Below are positions 1 through 10,619 of a stretch of DNA of 64,000 nucleotides, piece by piece (the stretch's first letter is position 1; every line of letters begins with the position of its first letter). Both the position numbers and the translations under genes were made by a program. The notes beneath the pieces are model-generated. The model searched no databases. It had not been told where the DNA came from and worked only from the letters and a program-made list of their open reading frames with translations. Source of the DNA: Phoronis australis. Lineage: Eukaryota; Animalia; Phoronida. The DNA lies in the NCBI GenBank assembly GCA_002633005.1, contig NMRA01000044.1, forward strand, positions 654,074 through 718,073. Direction: 5' to 3'.

Positions 1-618
1 AACAAAATTTTATGAAAAATGATCGTAATTTAACAACGAATTTTGATAGCAATGTACCACAATTTTGTAGAAAGTAAATAATAATAATCTGCACGCTTTA
101 TCTTAGCGCGTAATGCATATATTGTGCATACGTTAAGTGAGTCGACCCAGAACAGGTGATTGTGCAGAGGCATTATCCTCAAAATTGCTCATGTTGGCTT
201 GATTCTGGTCAAGCGAAAACAAGTTTTTTTTTCACTACCAACCGCTGTGGAGTATTTGTTACTGTTTCTTTGAAGGGAGATATTGTTGGGCAGTTTCTAA
301 GATACGTTTTCTTGCCGCCCTCAAAATGAGCGCTGCACACTTTATGCTACGAAGTCGGAAAGAATTCACGAAGTCGGCCTTTGCTACCAGCTCTGCCAAT
401 GTCTCTGACCCATGTTTAACGCAGTTCTTAATTCTTGGAAACAGGTAGTAACTAAATTTTTTATTTCGCTAACTGGTATTATACCATGCCAGGCACACAA
501 CACGTATAACCTCCCTGTGGCCGGTTCGCCCCCACGCTTGCCGACGTACTTGTTTACCAGCTTAACCGCAATGCAACATTCTGACCCATTTCCAATATGG
601 CGGCGTTGCAACTCCGCT
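1..618 (-). mobile_element. THAP-bearing TIR DNA transposon, copy 1 (ISL2EU/PIF-Harbinger-like), cut by the window edge
   Basis: 248-621 is nearly identical to 9495-9869. It ends in GTTGCAACTCCGCT (605-618) followed by ATT. The minus strand encodes a frameshifted THAP finger: YTCCVPG...YYLFP...W...VCSAHFEGGKKTYLRNCPTI. Confidence 0.75.
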
Positions 619-654
619 ATTAAGCCGTCCGTCATAATCCTGGCGATAGGTCAA

Positions 655-1902
655 TTACTCTGCGCTTGCAAGCGCAGAACTGTTGTTTCTGGTTTTCTTC
701 AATTTTAGTCTTATTCTTATGCTTATTCTTATTCTTCTTCCGACCAAGTTTGACGCTTAATGGCTCCAAAACGGTTGCAGGTGTGTTCTTCAAATTAAAA
801 ATATGATGTTGGACAGTATGTAAATTTTGATTCATTATATATTCATATTCCATAATGCACCGGAAGAGGAAATTTGGTGCAAAGGTCGTGTAATTTTCAA
901 AATACTACTCCTTCTCTATTTTAAAAGCTATTCTTTTCAAATTCGGTACACAGGTATCAGGCAACAAGGCAATTTAAACAATTACTTTTCTAAGTAATCG
1001 GGTCATCCAATCAGGTGAAATGGGTCAAAGTTGATTAGGTGCAAACTAAAATTTTGAGCTAGATACTTCAAATTGACAGGTCTGATTGCCACAAGTAAAT
1101 CAAATCGGAATCCAAAGTTTCAGGTCATTTAGTGCAAACATGGGGTCATTAGGTGCATTTTTCTTCTGAAAATTTGAACTTTTCAATCAGCAAGTATTCT
1201 GATGTGTCAACCGTTAGACAACTGTGATTCTCAGCGTTAAACACATTTTCCATGGGCTTTGCAATAATTCTCCCAAACACGCTTATAATGCACCGGATAG
1301 GGTCAATTAGTGCAATGGTCATGTAACGTTCAAAATGTTACATCTCTTACGTTTTTCAAGGAATTCTTTTCAATTTCAGCACACTGTAAGTCAACATGCC
1401 AATTGAATACCCTACTTTACTTCACAATAGGCTTAACCAATCAGAAAAAATAGGTCAAAGGTCATTGAGTGCAAACTAAAATTTTGAGCTAGAGACTTCA
1501 GAATTACATATCTGTTTACTAAGTGCGATTGAGTTTGAATTCTAAATTTTCAGGTCATTTGGTGCCCCCCATGGTCATCAGGTGGATTTTTCTTCTGAAA
1601 GATTGACCACTTCATTCATCTTATATTCTGAAGTGCTTAAAGTAAAACATCTGTGATTATTTGCATTAACCACACTTTTAATCGAGTTAACAATTACTCC
1701 CTCATCGGGGCTCATAATGCACCGGAAGAGGTCAATTAGTGGAAAGGTCACCAAAAATTAATATTTAATTTCTCCTACAATTTTAAAGAATTCCTTTTCA
1801 TATTGGTAAACGGGTTGCTGTCAGTAACTTCCCATAATAATTCCAGTAATACGCACGCGCAGAGTCCGTTACTGTCACGCCGTGACAATAATCTTTCTAG
1901 TT
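655..1902 (+). mobile_element. Helentron-associated non-autonomous element (HINE/DINE-1-like) with an internal ~430-bp tandem array
   Basis: 5' subTIR ACTCTGCGC (657-665) overlaps the palindrome TCTGCGCTTGCAAGCGCAGA, then a (TTATTC)n-like microsatellite at ~710-740. Repeat units begin ATAATGCACCGG at 852, 1285 and 1714. The 3' end has subTIR GCGCAGAGT (1857-1865), hairpin TGTCACG-C-CGTGACA and a CTAGTT terminus. Confidence 0.75.
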
Positions 1903-2093
1903 GATAAATGCTCCACAAATCTGACTACAAGTTGACACTAAGTGGGCTTTTAAGAGGAAATTTTCCAAATAAACACACCACTATCTGGAAACTTGACATG
2001 AGAAATTGCAACACCGTTTATTCGGCATAATTTTCCGAATAAACGCACTTGGGCGTTTCATCGGGTGGGCTTATCTTCGGAAAACCCCGGTAA

Positions 2094-5000
2094 TGGGCCA
2101 TAGTCCCAGATCTCCTATCTTTCACCTCCGTGGCTACTTTCTGGGGGCAACGAAAACTTGGGATTAAACCCATCTACAGAAGTTCAAACGTCAATTTCAA
2201 AAAAGTTCCCAAGAATACACTTGCACGTTTAGTAAGAATCTTAATTTAAATGTTGGAAAAAATGTAGCCTCAACTAATATGTTAGCCACCAGGTGTTAGT
2301 GCAAAATTAGCAGAACAGCCAATCAAATGCCAGGAAAATATTGTGTCTATACCTTTCCCCTTCAAAAGTCGTTTGCTTGGGATGAAAATATTCATCACAG
2401 GACAGTCAGCTGATTTTTTTCTGTTCGCTTAACTAGTTCGTTTACTGCTTCTGACTACATTGGAAAGTTTTAATTCCTGGATGGGTGTGCAAGTAATAGG
2501 CAATTACCAAGGGTCAAGGCTCAAAAACCAGCAGGCAGCAGTTAGGAATTAAGGAAAGCCACATCAAATGGCCACGAGTGTCATCATAGTACTGAAATAA
2601 TTCTTAGCATATTCCTGAATCATTCTGTGTTTCGCAAAGAACAGTTTTGGGACAGTTAGCACTCTGCTGAAACCATGAATTATTGAGCGAGTGTGGACTT
2701 CACAAAAGACTGGCAAGATGTCTGCGCCCCTTAATGCATTCATGTCTCAGGTTCGGCTCAAATTTCTGAGCTGGAATTTTCAAATATTACCTAGTCTAAG
2801 GCTACTGCTGCAAACAATTGTATCAACATTGAGTGCAACTGAAGTATCATTGCTGATATGTTTTTAAGTTTTTGGGAAAAAACAGAACTCCTGTCATGCT
2901 CGCGCCAAGGGGTGGGGACTCGTGGGGCTTGAACGAGCCTCCCCCTTTGGTAAAGTGGGTAAAAATGTCCGCCTCAGAGAAACAAAAACTCCGAAAAAAG
3001 TAGCAGTGTTACAGACACTTTACGGATGTAACAAAAATTTAAAGATCTCTTAAAAAAAGAAGTCCAAGCTGATGATGGAAATAATGTTGAGACCTCTAGA
3101 AAATTAAGGAGATTGTCATTATCAATTATATTTAACAGTGCTCAAGAAATATACCGTACCGGGATAATAGCCGTCCCAATCTCAAAGGTGCTGGCAGTAG
3201 TTTCTACCTACATGTGAGTGATAAGCACTGCTTTTTATGAACTTCTAAGCCTATTTTGAAAACCTTTTATGTAAAATCATGAGCAGTGTTTGGACTTTGA
3301 GAAATATAAAAAATGGAAATATTGCCTGTATTCTGTAATTCATTAATCTTGAAAAAATTCAAATGTTGCGCAGATTTCGGTATCTCACATTTTGAAGATT
3401 CTTGAATTGGAGTTTTTAGCGTACATGTAGGAAAATTTTTACTCTCCCAATTATGTGCTATTTAAAACAGGAAGCGTCAAAAGAAATTTTAGCTCTAGGA
3501 TAAAAAAGACGCTTTTCAATTTCAAACAAAAACTGTTGCCAACATAACCATTCCTCTATTTTCAAGTATTAAGGATGATAAAAATGTTTCTATGCTTTAA
3601 ATTGTTTGAAGGCACAGTGCAATCAATGCTAGTAATGATGATCGTTTCTCTTAATGCTTATTTTTGATGAGCACTTATACAAAATTTCAGTTGTTGGCCA
3701 TACTGTGTGCTAAAGTGAAGAGAATTTTGCTTGTCTATTTCAGTTAAATAGGATTACTGTAACGAGGTGTTTAGATAAAACGGTATTCAGGTCGTCAAAA
3801 CTTTTTTTATTTCCGGTAGGCTTGCAAAGATATTTTTTGAACTTTGTCTTTCTCATTAAAGTTGGGCTCAAAATTTGTGTTTCTTGGTCAACTCATGGAA
3901 GACATCGAGCCGTTTGTTTGCAAGTTTTACTGCGACTCATAAACTGTTAACAAAGAACCTTACGAGATATTCAGGTTGAAATCTGTGATGGAATCATCGC
4001 TGCCTCCTAATCATGATTGCCTGCTGATACATTTCAAAAGAGCAAACTGTCGTGTACTTAGTCACACAATAACAGGATGCTTGTATGTTGTTACTGTTTA
4101 TGAGTTCATTAGTTTAATTGGTATTATGTCATGCGATTCCTTGTATAGGAAGTGTGTCACAGGTAATGCATCATATGTTGTTATGTAGTTGTGTATATAC
4201 ATAGTTGTGATATGTAGAATAAATCAGTTCAGTGTTCAGTTCAATTCTATTCGTTTCACTGCGTAGTTCATGGAGTGTATACCTTATTTGACAAAGTAAG
4301 ATACACAACACAAACTACCATTGTGCCATTCACAAACGAGCCTTGCAAAAGCATGTCAGAGCACCATCTCCAAGTGTTTATGGGTGATTTTGGAGCAGGA
4401 TAGTCTGAAGCTCCACTGGATGACTCTAACTTGAGCCACAGAAAATGCAATGAAAAATTTTAATGGCAGGTGTAAAAGAAAAAAATGTGCTCTTGCTTGA
4501 AGACAAGCAAGCCATGTTCTAAGTTGCGTGTATGTCCAGACTGTGTGAACACGGTGTCTCAGTCAAAAACAACTCTTGATGACAATAATGATGATATAAA
4601 TGGTGATAGAGTGGATGAAGAAACATAATAAGTGTATGTTATGTTATTAAAGAACTTTGAATGTTTAACCTAATGGAAATTATGGACAATATTTTATCAT
4701 GCTGTTGACTGTCCGAACTGTAGGGTGTATCATTTCCTGTGACATTTGACAATGAACTGCAATGTGGATAATGATAATTAATTGTGACAATTAATAAAAG
4801 TGATGAGAGTGAATTCCTTGCAGAAGCGTTGGAATTGTATGTTGTTCGTATGTACATGTAGGTTGTGATATCAAATCTTGATCAAGTTCCAAATGGTTAA
4901 CAGCATTGTTCTTTTATTGGGAGTTCAGAATGTAATAGTATGTGTTCTGGCCAACAGGAAGCGCTACTATTTTTTTCTTTTTTTATTTTTGAACAATTTT

Positions 5001-5319
5001 TCACCTTTTGTCATGATATTTATCACTTTTCTTGTCTGGTAACTTCAAATGAATAAAACCCAATTAAATTATCATTCAGTTTTTTGTCAAGTGTTGTTGG
5101 TTTTTGAAGATTGGTTTTCTGTGCCAAATTTTGCAAAAAGTCAGATTTTTGAAGTCAAATTGCTCAAAAACGTCCAAATCAAACCCTGGGAACTTTTTAA
5201 ATTCTTATAGTATAGTATTGTACTTAATGACCTTATAAACACCAATATTATGTTGCCCCCAAAAAGTAGCCACGGAAGTGATTTTCTAGGCTTCCTAGAG
5301 TGGAACGAACTATGGCCTA
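2094..5319 (+). mobile_element. Academ-like DNA transposon, decayed, with both termini
   Basis: Imperfect TIRs: TGGGCCATAGT...CCGTGGCTACTTTCTGGGGGCAAC on the left versus the reverse complement of the right end, TAGGCCATAGT...CCGTGGCTACTTTTTGGGGGCAAC. TAA flanks both ends (2091-2093, 5320-5322). Protein remnant LPPNHDCLLIHFKRAN|YHCAIHKRALQKHVRAPSP..G(W)...LHWMT is followed by a Cys-rich CXC-like tail at ~4465-4550. Confidence 0.7.
4048..4310 (+). mobile_element. Solo LTR (263 bp) inserted in the Academ-like coding remnant
   Basis: Inverted ends TGTCGTGTA...TACACAACA, internal AATAAA, and a perfect 5-bp TSD CAAAC (4043-4047, 4311-4315). Removing it restores KRAN-YHCAIHKRAL. Confidence 0.85.
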
Positions 5320-5324
5320 TAAAT

Positions 5325-6670
5325 GGGTTATTACATGGTTGCGTTGTTCACTCGAGCCTGATACTGTGGTATAAATATAGGTTATACAACATACGTGTTT
5401 GTACCAGTGGTTATTATGTAGAGTTTCGCCCTCGTGCAAATACTTTTGCATATCACGATTCTCCAGTAAAACACGCTTAGCCTAGCCCGCCATAGTCTGC
5501 CCGTTGTTGTTCAATCATTGCCGCAGGACTGTTACTAGTCCGTAATTTTACGCAAGTATGGAAACTATCTTAGTATGTATACGGCATTTATGATTTGAAC
5601 CATTTATTCCCATAAAACAGCCGGGAACGGCATGCCTTCGTCTTTCGTCAGTGCGAGTGCTGTCGATCGGTCTGCACAAGGTCATCGGCTGCAGGTCCGA
5701 GTCTGGCAAAACAATTTCTTTTAAAATGTCTTTTGCCCCATTTTGTGAACATTTTGAGTACAAAGTGTCCCTATTTTGTTTTTAATTATGTTAAGGTCCG
5801 CTGCCGATTATTTTATAAGCGTTTGCAGGCTGGTAACAGACATTGCTCTGGTCGCACAGCCGACGTACTTAAGCCGGGTTCCTGGATCAATTGTACTTTC
5901 GGGTTCGCGGTTAGTTCAAAATTGCGGTGTGATCTTCTGGTCGGAATCGTGAGTGACGTGTTTATTCAAACTTTCTTAGACTACGGATTGTGTATTGGTT
6001 ATGGGATAGGTACTGCGTGGGTCCTTATAATGTCTTCTAACCATTCAATAAGGGTTAAAAACATGAACATGTGCTTCTAGGACTTCAAATGAGCACAAGC
6101 AACAATCGCATGTTCAACAAACGGCATTGTACCGACATTTATACTCTATGAACAATAAGACGCAAAATTTTAATAAAAACGACATATCTCACTAGTACAT
6201 GTAAATCATCAATTTCCAGTTTGAATGTGAGTAACGTGTGACTTGGACATTAAACTCAGTAACCAGTGATAACCTACTTTAGCAGACGATATTTTCACTG
6301 TGGAAGCTTAGCATGATAAGATGTGTAGTAAGCTAGAGTAGTTGCTTAAAATAAAATTTATTTTACAGATTCACTTTCGTTCTATTTTGGTTCAATTTCT
6401 ATTTGGTTTTAAGTAAAAACATCATTTTAACAAAAAATCAGCGTTTCTTGAAAGGTCATGACCTCCGACCTCAGACCTCTGACATAGAAAATAGTTACAA
6501 AAGCCGCAGCGAGTCGAGAGTTTCTCTCAGTATTTGGTATCAATAGGTTATCACATGTTCTCAGTCGTTATCCCCCTTATGTAGAGCCATCGGGGATTTT
6601 GAAGAATTCTCCAAAATCCACGAGGGCTCTAGATTACGGGAGATAACGACTTCGCCATGTAATAATCTCT
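5325..6670 (-). mobile_element. Non-autonomous element with a long terminal hairpin (Crypton-like), copy A
   Basis: TTATTACATGG (5328-5338) and CCATGTAATAA (6655-6665) form inverted ends. 6080-6670 is clearly homologous, in reverse orientation, to 63194-63890. A palindrome spans ~6543-6670. Confidence 0.55.
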
Positions 6671-7542
6671 ATTTATCCTATACGCGTGATAGTATGACTT
6701 TGAAATTCGAGTCGTTTTGTGTGGGTCCTCCGGAAGGTAACTTATGTACTGTTTTGCACCATCTACATGTTCTTTCACGTAAGAATGTAAAATTTGTGTT
6801 GGGGAAAGATTGCCAAGATGTTTTTTACAAGTGTAACTCATTGATTAAGCCTGATAAAGTGTTAGTACACTATGATGTTCAGAAACCAGTTTTCTGTCTT
6901 GTGGTGCTTCAGAAGTTGGCGTTAGTTGAGTCCATAGTCACATTATAGAAAATGGTGATGAGCGTCCGGTTGCCACAGCTTCACGGAAGTTAAGTGATAG
7001 TGAAAAGAATTATTCACAGAGTGATCGCGAGGCTTTGTCAATCAGTGATGTACTTAAGAAATTTCAATAGAATTTGATTGGACGACGTTTCACTGTAGTG
7101 ACTGATCATGTGCTTCTAGCTAAACTTTTGGCCCTAAGTAAGGAGTTCCAAAAATGGTTTCGTCTCGCTTACAGTGTTGGGCTTTAATCTTAGAAGCTTT
7201 CACTTATGATGTTCAGTTTAGAAACTCGAAACAGCATAGGAATGCTGATTGCCTATCACGATTACCATTACAGTACCGTAACGTAGCTGCCGAGACGGAA
7301 CTTTTCCGAATCTCAGAGATTGAGTCATTGCCACTGAAGGCAAATGAAATTGCTTGTAAAACTAAGTCGTATTCTTCTATGGCCTAAGTTTACCAGTTCA
7401 AATTTACAGGTTTGCCAAATTTTTGTCCTGATGAAAGTTCGAGACCTTATTGTCCTCGTAGATGAATTAGCTGTTGATAAGGGTTGCTTATTGTGGGGAT
7501 TAAGAGTCGTTATTCCCACTGAACTCAGAACACAAATTTTGA

Positions 7543-8028
7543 GTGAAATTACATTTCGAACATCCGGGTATTACTAGGATGAAGGCAGTACATAGTCATG
7601 TGTGGTGGGCCAAAATTGACAAATCCATTGAATATACAGTTAGTTCTTGTGAAGTTTGTTTACATTATCGAAATACTTGTTCAAGTTTTCAAATGCTTTG
7701 GCTTCGCTCAAGTCGTGTTCGGCAGCGCATTCACATTGATTTCTCTGAGAAAAAAAGGAAATACTTCGTCGCTGTTGTTGGCACGTACCCTAAATGGCTT
7801 AAAGTTTTTGCCATGTCTAGAACAATGACTGAGAAAACCATTGATATTTTAAGACGATTGTTTGCTTCTTACGGTATACCGGAACATTTAGTTTCGGACA
7901 ATGGACCACAACTTACTTCCTACGAGTTCAGTACCTTTCTTGATGTTAACGGTGCTAAACGAGTTTTAATTCCAGCTTATCATCCAGCGCATAACGGCAG
8001 TGCTGAGAGAGGGGTCCAGACAATTTAG
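7543..8028 (+). pseudogene. pol: Gypsy integrase fragment (HHCC zinc finger plus rve core)
   Basis: ORF translation contains HPGITRMK, CEVC, RIHIDF, SDNGPQ and HPAHNGSAER. Confidence 0.9.
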
Positions 8029-8544
8029 AAAGCTTGGTTTCGCCAAGTTCTTGATAACAGGTCTTACAGTAATCTGAGTCACAAGCTGTGTAGTTTCTTG
8101 ATGCGAAATCGAAACACACCCCATAGAAAAACATGTAAAACTCCAGCTCTCTTGCTTTTGAAGGGAGAACCTAGGTCTCGTTTTTCGTGATTTACCTAAT
8201 AGCGGAGTTGCAACCGAATCGATTTAACGATTGCGCATGTCCGGAAATTAGGGTGCGCAAAGGCTACTGGGATTGTTGATGGTAAACGGGATGACCGACT
8301 GGTTTGCACGACGTGTAATTTGTGTGCATTAAACTACGCTGCTGTATGTAATTCTGCCGCTATTCGCCCTAATCAGCGCCCATGGCTCAACAAGTGCCCC
8401 AACGCGTTTTCAGACTTTGCTAAAGTAAGCGCCCAGCCCATGAACTACATGCGAAAAATGCCCTTACCTACATTTCTAACGTTTCCAATTTATCAATTGA
8501 AAGATCCGACAGCCTGAATTTGTAACGGACCACGAGCCTCACCG

Positions 8545-8775
8545 TTATGTCCGTATACACTTCAAACTTACGCCGCGATTCAAAAAGAACACAGAAGTTT
8601 TGCTGCTCTTGCGAGGGATGTGCCCCACTACGCGGGTCTGGACTTTGAAAACAGACACAGCGTACTTGTCAAGGAGCGGGATTGCATTGTTTCTTTCCAG
8701 TACAGATCTTCTCCGGCCTCAAACTTCTTTGTGCATGTGAAAACCGTGAATTGAAGACTAATAAAAAAACTCGAC
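8545..8775 (-). pseudogene. HIRAN-like domain remnant
   Basis: One minus-strand frame reads VEFFY*SSIHGFHMHKEV*GRRRSVLERNNAIPLLDKYAVSVFKVQTRVVGHIPRKSSKTSVFFLNRGVSLKC. This matches the S-x-RG-(Y/F)-H...D-x-x-AV...VG-(H/Y)-(I/V)-P-R pattern of HIRAN domains. Two in-frame stops. Confidence 0.65.
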
Positions 8776-8934
8776 CAGTTAGCACGCGACCAAGAAGCGC
8801 GCGCTGCATAATGTACCGACTGTCATCGAAGATTAATCGGGTAACATAGCATCGGCAAATAAATATTGGCACTAATTTCCGAAAGTTTCCAATACCGTAA
8901 AAAGCTTCTGCATTATTTTTAAGAGAAATTATTT

Positions 8935-9494
8935 NNNNNNNNNNNNNNNNNNNNNNNNNNNNNNNNNNNNNNNNNNNNNNNNNNNNNNNNNNNNNNNNNN
9001 NNNNNNNNNNNNNNNNNNNNNNNNNNNNNNNNNNNNNNNNNNNNNNNNNNNNNNNNNNNNNNNNNNNNNNNNNNNNNNNNNNNNNNNNNNNNNNNNNNNN
9101 NNNNNNNNNNNNNNNNNNNNNNNNNNNNNNNNNNNNNNNNNNNNNNNNNNNNNNNNNNNNNNNNNNNNNNNNNNNNNNNNNNNNNNNNNNNNNNNNNNNN
9201 NNNNNNNNNNNNNNNNNNNNNNNNNNNNNNNNNNNNNNNNNNNNNNNNNNNNNNNNNNNNNNNNNNNNNNNNNNNNNNNNNNNNNNNNNNNNNNNNNNNN
9301 NNNNNNNNNNNNNNNNNNNNNNNNNNNNNNNNNNNNNNNNNNNNNNNNNNNNNNNNNNNNNNNNNNNNNNNNNNNNNNNNNNNNNNNNNNNNNNNNNNNN
9401 NNNNNNNNNNNNNNNNNNNNNNNNNNNNNNNNNNNNNNNNNNNNNNNNNNNNNNNNNNNNNNNNNNNNNNNNNNNNNNNNNNNNNNNNNNNNNN
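8935..9494. other. Assembly gap (560 N)
   Basis: Run of N. Confidence 1.
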
Positions 9495-10619
9495 TGGAGT
9501 ATTTGTTACTGTTTCTTTGAAGGGAGATATTGTTGGGCAGTTTCTAAGATACGTTTTCTTGCCGCCCTCAAAATGAGCGCTGCACACTTTATGCTACGAA
9601 GTCGGAAAGAATTCACGAAGTCGGCCTTTGCTACCAGCTCTACCGATGTCTCTGACCCATGTTTAACGCAGTTCTTGATCCTTGGGAAACAGGTAGTAAC
9701 TAATTTTTTTATTTCGCTAACTGGTATTATAGCATGCCAGGCACACAACACGTATAACCTCCCTGTGGCCGGTTCGCCCCCACGCTTGCCGACGTACTTG
9801 TTTACCGGCTTAACCACAATGCAACATTCTGACCCATTTCCAATATGGCGGCGTTGCAACTCCGCTATTCACCCGAGTCTATTGAATCAAACATTAACAG
9901 TGTTAATAAGCAGTTGTGAAGTCTAGAACTTTCTCAACCTGTGTTGCTTAAAAATAACAACAAGGGAAGGAATAGTGGATTAAAGGGCGCATTGTAGAAG
10001 TTTGTGGACCGTTGAATTATTTAGGGAAGTTAGGTTTTGTCATGTTGATCATTTACTTGGACAGATGATGTCAAAGTGTACGAGGAGTCAACTCAGGGTC
10101 AGCCAGACGAAACTGAATATCCAATACCTACTTTGGGCGATTTGCCGAAACCAGATTTGGATAGTACACCTGCAGTTGACTCGACTCCTTTACCCACTCA
10201 TGAGCCTTCCAGGGCTGATGAGAATGAAGTATCTCAGCTACAGTAACCCTTGTTGCTTATTTACTTTGCGTCGCAGTTCTCGAATTTCTAAGCCTCCAGA
10301 TCGGTTGACTTATACAAAGTGAACTTAAGGATTCGAAAACTGTACAGGTGTGTTATTGTTTTCATTTATTTACCTATACAGGAATTTTTCACTAGGCGAT
10401 GAGGAAGGTTATATATATTGTTTTCATTAGCGGTCATGCACTCTAACTTGCGCCACCTCCCCTGTTACTTGTTTCCGGTAATGCAGGATGAATTTACAAC
10501 AGGTGTGGTTTCCTGTCTTTTTTAGCGTTCACAATCCTAGTATCCAACATCCGCCAGTTTTGTTTGTGAGAACTTTTATGGAAATCGGCTGTTGCATGCT
10601 GTTTTCCAAAAAATGCCAC

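Larger units (their letters stand above)
8201..9866 (-). mobile_element. THAP-bearing TIR element, copy 2 (ISL2EU/PIF-Harbinger-like), inserted in the Gypsy element; spans a 560-N gap
   Basis: 14-bp TIR AGCGGAGTTGCAAC (8201-8214) and GTTGCAACTCCGCT (9853-9866), flanked by AAT and ATT, which fits AT duplication of an AATT site. THAP remnant at ~9500-9770 on the minus strand. Gypsy sequence resumes after it. Confidence 0.75.
6672..10550 (+). mobile_element. Decayed Ty3/Gypsy LTR retrotransposon (3' part of pol plus probable 3' LTR), interrupted at 8201-9866
   Basis: RNase H motif PVATASRKLSDSEKNYSQSDREAL; NADCLSRLP; integrase zinc finger LHFEHPGITRMK..HVWW..C..C; core RIHIDF, VSDNGPQ and NGSAER; tail LRRSSRISKPPDRL at ~10270-10310; purine tract at ~10394-10408. 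Many stops and frameshifts. The LTR end is approximate. Confidence 0.85.

Noticed and set aside
852-1800. Regularly spaced repeats as a possible CRISPR array (also 27600-29000 and 52830-53030)
   Set aside because: The units are long diverged tandem repeats or short motifs without unique spacers; no cas genes; eukaryotic TE context.
8919-9587. 222-aa ORF in the ORF track
   Set aside because: Mostly translated Ns; only the first ~31 residues (THAP tail) are real.
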